DNA of 45,648 bases, counting the filler, from Jimgerdemannia flammicorona (lineage: Eukaryota), in NCBI GenBank assembly GCA_003990765.1. It is 2 parts of 2 records of this genome, joined end to end, with 100 filler letters (N's around TTAATTAATTAA, not from the genome) between each part and the next. Parts side by side here need not be neighbours in the genome. Positions count along the whole stretch, not along the records: positions 1 to 22,780 come from RBNJ01001206.1; positions 22,881 to 45,648 come from RBNJ01001207.1. One strand, given 5' to 3'. The notes beneath the pieces were generated by a model. The model ran no database searches. It saw only the letters and a program-made list of their open reading frames with translations, and was not told the origin of the DNA. A program made the position numbers and the translations under genes. Positions 12,669 to 23,240 of the stretch are shown here, in pieces; positions within the stretch are counted from its first letter, which is position 1, and each line of letters begins with the position of its first letter.

Positions 12669-13171
12669 CTCAGAGGATAGATCAATATCTCCAGACCCTC
12701 ATTCTCAGCTCTTTCCAAGCCCTGTCAATTCCCCTGCCCCAGTTTCATCAACTTGAAGGAACCCCCATACAATTGATCCAGAAGCATCAAGAAAACCTTG
12801 CCATTGCCCAGAGGTTGCTTCAGATCTACCATCTACAAGCCTTCTATAACATTGGACAGCTATTGACAGAACAATCTTATATAAGGAGCCCAGCCGGAAT
12901 TACTCTCAGAGAAGCAAGAACTGCCAAATGAATCTACACCCTATACAATCGAAATATTGGAGTCCTGGTGCAGTCTCACTTCTACCTCAGTGATATCTAC
13001 CTGATAAATGAGACCACCTTTCAGAGTATCCTCTAACAACTAAACATCCTATTTCCTGAAGAACAAGAAGAAGATCCAGAGCTAGAATGGAGTGACCCTA
13101 GTATAGACAATGAAGTTGATGGAATAGATATAGATGTAGAAGATGCCTATGTTTATTGAAATGATGACTAA
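12665..13171 (+). pseudogene. Accessory ORF3 (~168 aa, unknown function) between integrase and 3' LTR
   Basis: A single frame from ATG 12665 to TAA 13171 with a few point-mutation stops. Homologues in the two other element copies (110-625 and 36752-37240). Confidence 0.85.
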
Positions 13172-13210
13172 AGGATAGCCTAGGACAGACTACTCTTTAG
13201 TGAGAGCTGA

Positions 13211-14277
13211 TGTGACAATCTATAAAAATGCAGCACCTAAAAAACTTAGCCAGATGACACAAACATTAGCACAGCATAGTAATCAGCAATCACTGCTGTG
13301 GAAAATGTATAAATAACCCAGATAGCTAAAGAAAGGAAACCCCTAATGGTAGCTGTCACACTAACAGTAGCTGTCACTCTGACAGTGAATGTCACCCCAT
13401 AAATAGCATTCTATAGTTAGTTAGATAGTGACCAAAATAGCAACCACAATGTATAAAATACCCCAGAGACAAGAGTGAATAAACCTCAGTTCCGAAATAT
13501 AAAGCAAAAGACAAGTCTACCTACTACACTTCAAGAGATATGCCTGCTAAAAGCCACTTGATCCTGGAAGGATTACAACACTTAGGAGAAACACCTGCTC
13601 TATAGCTACTACTAAGAGATTATGAGCTTTGCCCCTTTCCCACTCTGGTCCACTTTCCGTTACAAAGAATGAGTCCATTTTGATTCATTTGCCAGATAAG
13701 TCTGAAGAATCTGAGTTTACCATCCAAGTTTAAGAAAGAACTTTGCAGCCTTTTGAGTAATCTGCTGCTTGAGAAATAAGCCACCATTTTCAACTGCCAT
13801 TTAAGAAAGTCCACTATATTTTGTCTGCTAATCCACATCATTCTATATCCTGTCCACTGATCTGCCATATTCTGCCACACTGCAACCTATACCATTCAAG
13901 TAAACCATACTTAAGAAATTTATTGCATTTAGTCCACTATCAGAAAAGGAACCTGATTGCTATCACACTAGTAATCTGATTCCCAGAGAACCCATGCTTT
14001 TAAGAAAATCAGCTAAATTCACTGCACACAAGATCACTATATCACACAAATTAGTTTTCTGCCTAAGAAGGAAACCCATTTACACACAAAAGACCAATAA
14101 CCTAAGAATGCTACCAAATTAAAAAGTCATATACAAGAATTCTCCAGTTTGAATATTGTACTACTAGACATAATACCTGAACATTTTGTTGCTTTTGACA
14201 AAGTAGCTGAGGGCTCAAGCCAATCTATACAGCTGCCCAATCTTATAATTTGTCTCTATTGAGTCAGGTACATTACA
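13211..14277 (+). repeat. 3' LTR
   Basis: TGTGACAATC...CATTACA, preceded by a weak purine tract (TAGTGAGAGCTGA) and followed by ATAT. Confidence 0.95.
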
Positions 14278-14789
14278 ATATATATTTATATCTATTATAA
14301 ATATTGTGTGTATAAAAAGAGATCTTCATCTAGAAGAATTATATCTTTTCTTATTCCTCTTCTCTACTACAATCTCTTCATGCCTAAAGACAACAGATCA
14401 CATTCTAAGATGAATAAAATGTACTCCAGTATAAATAATTAGTACTAAGTTATGAATAATATATACCAAGCTACAAATAAATCATATCAGTTCTATGAAA
14501 CCAAGAAGTAGCAGACTATGGACAGGCTACACCAGACCATAAAGATATACAAAACCAAGGAGCAAACTATAAAGGTATACAAAACTAAGAAGTAGACCAC
14601 AGACAGGCCACATCAGATTATGAAGATATGTAAAACCAAAATGCAGACCATATGGTACCCAGATGAGAAGGCAGCCAAATAACAAAAGCCTGTACAAGAT
14701 CAAAGTGAACAGAATAAGGATGAATAAGACAAAGATAGAGAAGAGAATAATGAATGACTCAAGCTTATAATTCAGAATGACAAGGCATT

Positions 14790-14895
14790 TCCATATAGTG
14801 AGATACTTTTGGATGATGAGATGCTTCTAGATAATAAGATACTTCTGGACAATAAGGTGCTTCCAGATGATAAAGTGCTTTAGAACAATGATATT
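14790..14895 (+). repeat. 18-bp coding-like repeat (DDEMLL/DNKILL/DNKVLP/DDKVL) inside the decayed AT-rich element
   Basis: About 5 periodic 18-nt units, seen directly. Confidence 0.6.
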
Positions 14896-15926
14896 GAGGC
14901 TTATTTGGTCAGATATGCAGGACAGATGATTAAGTGAGATAGAAAAAGAAATAGATAAGTTGATTATATATTTATAATCAAAGATATATGCCCAAAACTC
15001 CAATTTATATATAAGGTTATATTTAAGTTAAATAGAATAGTCTTTATTATCTCAAATAGAGTGATAGATAAAGAAAAAAACTTTATATAAAATACAGAAT
15101 AGTGGGTAGAATCTAGTTTTCTTTAATAAGATTAGTAGAGAACTTATATGTGAGATAGAAGGAAATCTCTAATACTCCACTACTCAAGTTTGTGAGTTTC
15201 AATTATATTACTAAGTTAGCTCTCAGTTTCAGTTGAGTGTAGTCAAGACATCTGATCTGGATAGCCTTGGGTCTTTCAATAACTCCAAATAACTAGAGCC
15301 CAATCCTACATATTACTGAGAGCTATTGAGAGTAATATCTACTATCTAACTACTCTGCACCAATCAGAAGGCCCCACTGATATAGTACTCACTCCAGCCC
15401 CAATGACTATCACTAGTCTAACATTCTACTGATTTACTATAATCACTCTTTTACTTATTTGTAATAGCCATCTCTCCTCTCATCTTGACTCCACCCAAAA
15501 AACAGTTACTTATACCAGAACTGTGCTTACTGAGAAGCTCACTAAAGCTCAGAGAGCTCCATTACAGATATCAATAACCTGCAGATAATCTACACTGGTA
15601 CTTGATACCCAAGGTCAGCCAACTCTTTATATAGCTCATAATATACTACAATGATACCTTATTGATGATGGCAAAAGGAAAAAGGTACTGCACCAAAACA
15701 GGTATACTCCAGATGTAGCCAGAGGTATCAGAAATTGTGAAAAAGTAGAGAAAACACCAATCTGATACCAATAAAGAGATAACTCATCACCATTGCCTCT
15801 CTCTCACTATTCTACAATAGGTACAGCAAACCAACCCAAGATATAGGGGGTATAAGTTGGACTCCAAAGGTTGTCTACCAAATCTTATAATCAGTAAGAT
15901 AGCAGAGAAAGAGACCTATTTTGTTT

Positions 15927-16778
15927 AAGGACTGTCCTACTGTACCAACTTGTATAAATAACCCAGATAGCCAAATAAGGATACAAAGTATTCCTAGCTG
16001 ATATGCTATACCAGAATTTGAGATTAGTATTCCTAGCTGGTATACTATATCAGAATTTAAGATTTATGCTCCCAATAGGAATAGCTAAACATTACCAGAA
16101 ATAACAATCTATAGTTAGCCATATAGTAATCAAATAGCAATCACAACTGTATAAAATGCCCCAGAGACAAGAGTGAATAAACCTCAGTCTGAAATTGAAA
16201 CCAAAAAGCAAAAGACAAGTCTGCCTACTACACTTTGAGGGATACACCTACCAAGAGTCACTTGATCCAAGAAGGATTGCAACACTTAGGAGAAATGCCT
16301 GCTCTAAAGCCACTTTTAGGAGATTGTGAGCTTGACACCCATTTTCCACTCCGGTCCACTTTCTGATACAAAGAAGAGAAGTCCGCCATCTTGCCACAAA
16401 GCAGTCTACCTGACGCACCTTCGCAGTGAATACCTATTCGCGCAAACGAAGCAGTCTTAGACGTAACTTTGCTCAAGAATCCGCGCCGTTCCAGTTATTT
16501 TCAAGAAGTCCACCGATTCAGGAAGAATCCGCGTCACCCTCCATCCAAGAAAGAATCCGTGTTACCCGCTACCTAAGGGAGAATCCGCGTCATCTGAGTT
16601 ATTTGCCAAGAAATCCGCCATCCAAGAAAATCCCGCGCTATGTAGGAATTCGCCGCCTAATTAGGAAATATCGCCGAAATCGTCCGCGTTACGCGAAACA
16701 GAGAACCTGCACCTATTTCTGAAAGAAACCATCGAACATTTTGTTGCTTTTTGACAAAGTAACTGGGGGCTCAAGCCA
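15927..16778 (+). mobile_element. Truncated LTR of the same family (both termini missing)
   Basis: Shares AAGGACTG.CCTACTGT.CCAACTTGTATAAATAAC with the solo LTR, plus the core LTR motifs. Stops abruptly after GGGGGCTCAAGCCA. Confidence 0.9.
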
Positions 16779-18172
16779 GTAGCGGGTCCCAGATACGACG
16801 CCTCGTGCGCCGACTCCGCGCCGCCATGCGAGATAAGAGCCGAGTCGACGTGTGGTTCAGGATTGCTTACTATGGCGCCCATGACGTGAAATGGAACGCC
16901 GGATGCCCGTTCGCCAGCAGGTCCGCTGTCTTCAGCTCGATCGTCCCGTTCACGTTTCCGCCCACTTCGGGCACAGTGATCGCCAATGGAAAATCGGCCG
17001 ACCGCGTCTGCACAATCGCCTAGATCATTCCGTCTACCGTTATGAGCACGTCCAAAGTTCGTGAGGACGGAGGGCGTTTTGGCCGAAGGCAACGTAGATT
17101 ACGCGCTGTGTTTCATGAGGCGCTTAGTAGGGAGGTGAGGGCCGGGTATGCATCACCCACTACAGAGCCAATGAGATGCACAAGGGGACCAATTGGGCGG
17201 GGAACCTGGAGGATGTAGGAGGTTTGCACATCAGGAGAAAGGTTAGCAGCGTAAGGTGAAGAGGTCAAACACTAATTCAATCTGTTTCGAACCAAAAAGA
17301 TGGGAACAAATCTGTTACCTCGAAACCAAAGAACGTATTAACTAGCTCCACGCTATTCTCCCGCTTCCCAGTCAACACGCCCCACACAGGCGGACGCCCA
17401 TCTTGATAGGTTGCTTGTTCATCTCCACTATGTTAGGATAGAAATAATACAACGTTTGGTCGGGCATAATAATCTGGGAGTACAATCGTTGCAGGAGGTT
17501 CTGGCTCTTGGCCGTCCGCTCGATTGATAAAATATTGTTGGTGTAGGGCGCGCTGGCGTCTGTAAAACGAACAAGATCGAGACGGACGGATCAATAAAGA
17601 CATATCGCATGAGCGAACCGTATTGGTAAATATTAAAGGGGCGGAGGAATGGAAAATCCTGTCCACTACGTACCTGGAGACATGATCACAGATGTCAAGA
17701 TCACGTACGGAATCCTTGCCATAGGCGCTGCAACAAAAAAAACCTCAAGCATGCTCTCACACAACACGACGTCCGGCTTAATCTCATCAAATATTTTTCT
17801 ATACCCCAAATAGAGCCATTCATACTCCGCATTCATATCTCTCATCATCGCGCTCAATAGCCGCACATCGATATTTCTCCCCTCGTCAAACATTAATTTC
17901 CGAATTTTTTCCTTCTCCATGAGCGACAGCCCGATTGACACAGTCGGGAGACCTCACGGACGAGCGAGATTCAGCTGCCCGTCGTTAGTCACGTACGTGA
18001 CCTGATACCAGCGCTCGCGCAGGATCACTCCGATATCGAAGGCCGCCTTGATGTGCGAGATTCCACCCGTTTGGGGCGGTATTGTCGCATGCATGCTTGG
18101 AAGTGCGGTAGGAGTCGGGGCTCAGGAGCAGGAGGGGTAGGATACGCAGGTGGCGCGGCCAGGTTGACCAAT
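16779..18172 (-). pseudogene. UDP-glycosyltransferase (GT1/UGT) pseudogene, 3'-truncated at the LTR
   Basis: GGISHIKAAFDIGVILRERWYQVTYV, IKPDVVLCE, RVIYVAFGQ, and the signature WAP**AILNHTSTRL-ISHGGAESAHEASYLG. Contains stops and frameshifts. Confidence 0.9.
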
Positions 18173-18693
18173 GTTGGATGGGTATTGTGAAAATGCTGTT
18201 AGGAGAAAGATATTAGTGTTTATTTTATTTGAAAGCATGGATAATTTTGCGACACAATGGGATCAGATAATTTTGCGACACCCAATGTAAGGCATCTCCG
18301 GTACGGAAAGAAATATGACTCACTTGAAACATAGTTGATAAGTAAAATTATCGGAGGCAATCTGATAAGCACAATTATCAGATGCAACCTTTGAAGGTTT
18401 TCGGACAGTAAACTTACGTCTTAAAGGTCGCGCCACTCAGCAAAATGACTACAACCAATCATTTGCCATCGATCGGTCCCCTGACCCTGACTCACGATAT
18501 AGCTATACCCACGAGATAGAAAGGGCAATATGAACAAACGTCGACTTGGCCAGCCAGAAATATCCAACCGCACCGGTAACGACGACAGCGCATGTCCATC
18601 ATACAACGCGGTGGCTCGGCTAAGTAGCCGTCTCCTAAATATGACTCATTAGGAATACGCGAACTTCAATTTCTGTGAAGTATATATACATAT

Positions 18694-19793
18694 TGTAACG
18701 TGCCGGCTCAATAGAGGCAAATTACAAGATCGGGGGTTGGTGTAGTTTGGCTTGAGCCCCCAGTTACTTTGTCAAAAGCAACAAAATGTTCAATGGTTTG
18801 TGGTATCCTTGTTGGTGTTTAGCGGTATAATAGTCAAATCTGGATACAGCGGCCGATTTCTAAGTCGATTTCCTTATTGGGACGGTTCTTGGGTGTGTAG
18901 GCGATTTGTGTAGCGCAAGTGGGTTTTCCTTATGCGATTTCTGCGTGACGATCTCTGTGTAGCGCGACGATCTTCAAAAGTATGCGTGACGATTCTTGGG
19001 GGTCTGGCGAATTTGGCGGTTTTCCTTAATAGGCGGGTTGGCGGATGACTCGGTTTGGCGGATAACTCGGGTAACTCGGATAGCGCGGATTCTCCTGAAT
19101 CGGCGGGCTTCTGGCTTTGTCTGGCAAGCGTACCAAAATATAGCGGATAACTTGGATTCTCTTCTTGACTGACAAAGTTACGTCAAAGACTGGCTTCGTT
19201 TGCGCGAACTAAGTTGTTTTCTGCGAAGTTGCGTCAAATAGACTGGCTTTGTAAGGCGGATTTCTTGAAAATGGCGGCTCTTCCTTAAGCGGCGGGTTTC
19301 TCAAATGGCGGCAGGCTTTGTATCCGAAATTGGACCAGAGTGGAAAATAGCTCACAACTTCTTGGCTGGCAGGTTTCTCCTCCTAAGTGTACCAGACAAT
19401 TGGCTTTTACTTTTGATTTTCGGACTCTTCTCTTTGTATCGGAAAGTGGACTGGAGTGGAAAAGGAAGCTTTCTGACTTGTCTCTGGGGTATTTTATACA
19501 GTTGTGGTTGCTATCTGGTTGCTATGTGGCTAACTATAGATTACTATTTATGGGAGAGGAGGGGTGGACATTCACTGTCAGGGTGACCTTCGCAGTCAGG
19601 GTGACCTTCGTGGTCAGGGTGACCTTCACGGTCAGGGTGACCTTTGCTGTCATAATGTTTCCCTGTTTAGCTATCTAAGTTATTTATACAAGTTGGCACA
19701 GTAGGGCAGTCCTTGTTGCCTGGTGCACTTGATATGGTATATGATTAAATTATAGGATGGTGACTTGGTACGTTTTTCTGCTGGCTCATCACA
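18694..19793 (-). mobile_element. Solo LTR (1100 bp), relatively unmutated, with ATAT TSD
   Basis: Reverse complement reads TGTGATGAGCC...GGCACGTTACA. ATAT flanks it at 18690-18693 and 19794-19797. CpGs are retained. Confidence 0.95.
19572..19652 (+). repeat. 18-bp tandem repeat (GTCAGGGTGACCTTCRCR-like, about 4.5 copies) in the solo LTR U3
   Basis: Seen directly in the sequence. Confidence 0.9.
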
Positions 19794-20977
19794 ATATATA
19801 TAGCACCTTGCGATCACCGCGCTGAGCCCCTAGTTACGTTATGCCGTGTTCTTTATCAAGGGACCTCCCCATGCGTTATAGGAATGAATACGCGTCAAAT
19901 TTACTCGAAGCTTCACAATTTCCCATTCGCTATAATTTGTCGGTCGCAGTTGCTCATTGTAGCTTTTTGACTGGGTTTAGCAAATTATGAATCCCAAACC
20001 CCACAAACAATAATTGTGACATGAATACACCCTCCGAATCTAATCGGGAATCGCGAAACTGGACTATCCGCGACTTCCTTGACTGCGATCTTACATACAG
20101 TGCCCTTTTCAGCATTAATCGGTTTACCGTGAGTCATTTCAATATATACTTGGCGGAGCCAAAAAAAAAAAATAAAAATAAAAAAAAAAAAAAATCCTCC
20201 GACTATATATTACAGAATTTAACCTTCATTCTTACTGCGGAAGGAATCAAGTTTAAAGGATCCAAATTTAAGGATAAAAAAAGTTCAGTTATTAGTTACC
20301 TTCGGTTTCTAACAACTGGCGCACCTTACCACTTTATTGATTCAGATTTCTGTCAGTTGCTTTGGCTCTCCAGAGGACATGGTGTTTTCCTCGCGATCGT
20401 AATTTTGCACGTCAAGAAGCAATACCTCGACGTGCTGCAGTGCGCAAAAATGCCAAGCAACCGCTCCACGCCAATGAGACCGTGCTGCAGGAGAAGCCTG
20501 ATGTCCAGGTAAACAACCTGCTACCGTTGTCCGCGTGGCAGCACTATAGCACGGGCTGCGGATCGCCTCGCACTTACCCCCGCTGCCAGACCGAAATAAA
20601 CCGTTCCTCGAGGACGCCGACGCGTATCACCGTGTGCTGTGCAGGCGTAATAGACACGTTCGGCGTCTCGTAGAATGGGTCCAGGGCGGAACATCATTGC
20701 TCAAGCTGCCGGGAATAAGGAGGTTGCATTCTGTGATTACCAGAGTCAGGGAATAATATATACAACAACAAATATGTCGACAGAGGTCACGCCCACTCCA
20801 TATGAAATCCATCGAAGGTATGCTCAATAATTAATCCATGTGGTGCCGAAATGGCTTTTGTAATTGACCAACCTTATAAACGCTGCACCACAATTTTCAT
20901 ATGAAAACAAAGGACTACTTTCAAACAGACTCCTTTATTTCTCTCATTATTGTAAACATGGTCGGGCTTTTGTAAAC

Positions 20978-22500
20978 ATGGTCAAGCAATCTGACAGCGG
21001 TCTTAGTCTCAAGGATGATATTGCCTCCATCTGGAAGGACCCAACTTACCACTATGTGACTATTGTCTGCGCTGATGGCATTGAGATAGGTGCATGCTGT
21101 GCCATACTGGCTTCAAGGTTTGTCTGACTTCGATTCTCTTATACAGTTGTGTTGATCATTTTTCATAACATTTCATTTTGCTTGATCTCTTAAAAGATGC
21201 CCAGCCTTCAAGGCAATGCTGTACGGAAATATGCGAGAAGGTTCCTCTCATCGTGTTGTCCTCATCAATATCCCCTCCACAGTGCTCAACATTGTCTTCA
21301 GCTTTATTCATACCGAAACCATCAACAATACTGCCAAAATTTCATGAGTGGGCTCGCTCGAGACCACAGGTCAATGAATGCAGGAATGTCTTGAGTGCCT
21401 AGCACCTAAAATGTTTCAACGCCGATGTTTCGTCTAAGGCGTATGTAAATCGGGGGTAGGTTTCCTTTTATGGTATTAGCGCAGTGTGCGCCTATTTCCA
21501 CATGTAATCTATCATTCCACCCATTCAACATTCCGCACGCGCTTTACACTTACGCTCTGCGCTTTCGTACATTCGTACGCATTTTCCATTACCACCCACC
21601 CCCCCTTCATATATATATATACACTTAGTGGCTGGGCCGGTTTTTTATACCGTGTGTTTCACCCAAATACAGAACAATGATCATTCATTCGAAGTTCTCG
21701 GGTTCCAGGGTTGCTATATATATGGTCATTTATTGGTTGGCAAGAGGTTATTGGTGTATTCTTGTCATAACATAGTTTGACATCACATGGGCGTAGCGTA
21801 GTTGACATTATGCAAGCATAGCGTAGTTGTTACTACGCCGTTGTAGCGTAGATTGACATTACGGCAAAACATTGACGTCACGTTAGGGATATACCATGCA
21901 GTAAGCTTTCTTCTCCTTTTGAAGCTCATGAATATGGTGCTGGAATGTGCGCATGACCTCGCTGATTTTGGTGTTGCCTCATCTCTTCTCAACAAAGCCG
22001 TCACTGCCATCCCATGTAGTGAAGCCAACAAGGACCTCTATGATGTGCTCCTCAATCCTTTCCGTGCTTGCAAGTTTGCCATTAGTGAGCTGACTGATCT
22101 CTCCAAAGAGGCCCTTGAGCTGCTCCTCATTGAGGTATCAACCCTTTTCATGCCCAAGCACAATTTGTTGCTGTGAGTTGTCAACTGGGTCTGGGGATGC
22201 AATGACAACACACCATCAGCTTTGGAGCACTGTGCTGTTCTGTATGATATCAACAACATAGTAGCAGGATGCACTGGTATGGTCTGGCTCGGAGATGGTG
22301 TATTGCATATCTTGCTGCTCAAAATGATGATTCACTTTGATCTTATACTCATTTGTCTGTATTGACTCAAGACTCTTATGAAGGCAGTTGATATGTTTGC
22401 AGAGACCTCTCTACTCTACATGGCTTTTTGCCATCATGCTTGCAAGAATACTGTATGTCCTACAGGTCATCCATCTGCAAGTCACAGAGAGGTATGTTAC
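20978..22500 (+). pseudogene. BTB/POZ-BACK domain gene, interrupted by a ~500-bp insertion and containing stops
   Basis: YVTIVCADGIEIGACCAILASR, then intron 21118-21196, then CPAFKAMLYGNMRE..FSFIHT. The frame resumes at ~21860 with a BACK-like LSKEALELLL..LL*VVNW. The 3' limit is approximate. Confidence 0.8.
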
Positions 22501-22616
22501 AACTTCAGTCTCTAGTAGAATTGATCAGAAATCAGTACCCAAGTGATTATTTCTGAAGATAGCTAGGTTGTGGAGCTTTCATCAGAAGTTTTATCAGAAA
22601 CAGTATAGCCTTCTGT

Positions 22617-22671
<55 letters not shown>

Positions 22672-22780
22672 GTCTCTTGGACTGCCCTTTATTACCGAAT
22701 CTATAGTGTTTACAATATAAGTTACCCACCCATTCAACCAATGCCCCGGGGGCCCAACCCCCCTCCCTTTTTTTTCTCCT

Positions 22781-22880
22781 NNNNNNNNNNNNNNNNNNNN
22801 NNNNNNNNNNNNNNNNNNNNNNNNTTAATTAATTAANNNNNNNNNNNNNNNNNNNNNNNNNNNNNNNNNNNNNNNNNNNN
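22781..22880. other. Assembly gap / artificial contig linker (N44-TTAATTAATTAA-N44)
   Basis: A six-frame-stop 12-mer is centred in symmetrical Ns, with homopolymer runs nearby. Confidence 0.95.
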
Positions 22881-23077
22881 AAAAAAAAAAATTATACCTT
22901 TTTTTATTTTCTGCTTTTAATTATTCGACAAATATATCTTATTCTTTTTATATTAGAAATTAATATTTTATGATCAATTAAGATATAGATATTAGCTTAA
23001 GTTATATATAAATAAAAGCCATATACATAATTATATTAAGTAACTACTACATTATGTTTGGAAATATATATATATAT

Positions 23078-23240
23078 TGTAATGGTGTGGAGGCGGAACT
23101 TGGTAAGTTGGACAGATTTTTTGTGGGGAAAAGGGTATGTAAAGAAGACTTTTGAATTAAACTGACTCAATCTGACTGAGGTTTATTCACTCTAAAATAC
23201 TGGGTTATTTATACAGATTTGTGCACTAATTCTACTACTA
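23078..23240 (-). mobile_element. Fragment of a related LTR
   Basis: CTGAGGTTTATTCACTCT...GGGTTATTTATACA is the reverse complement of the conserved LTR motif. It begins TGTAAT after a TA run. The far boundary is unclear. Confidence 0.5.

Larger units (their letters stand above)
4619..14277 (+). mobile_element. Full-length, decayed Ty3/Gypsy LTR retrotransposon (~9.66 kb) carrying a dUTPase and an extra 3' ORF
   Basis: Paired LTRs of ~1.07 kb (4619-5685 and 13211-14277), a 4-bp ATAT TSD (4615-4618 and 14278-14281), a PBS, and the Gypsy-type PR-RT-RH-INT domain order. Confidence 0.97.

Noticed and set aside
12665..13171. ORF3 as a retroviral env
   Set aside because: Too short, with no signal peptide, TM anchor or furin site visible.
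18240..18290. Short direct duplication GATAATTTTGCGACAC (also TGTAAACATGGTC x2 at ~20951-20983 and TAGCAACC repeats at ~29245-29270)
   Set aside because: Small local duplications with no further supporting structure.
20350..20700. GC-rich exon-like segment (CAG..GTAAAC) upstream of the BTB gene
   Set aside because: No recognisable domain or consistent gene model; possibly a gene remnant.
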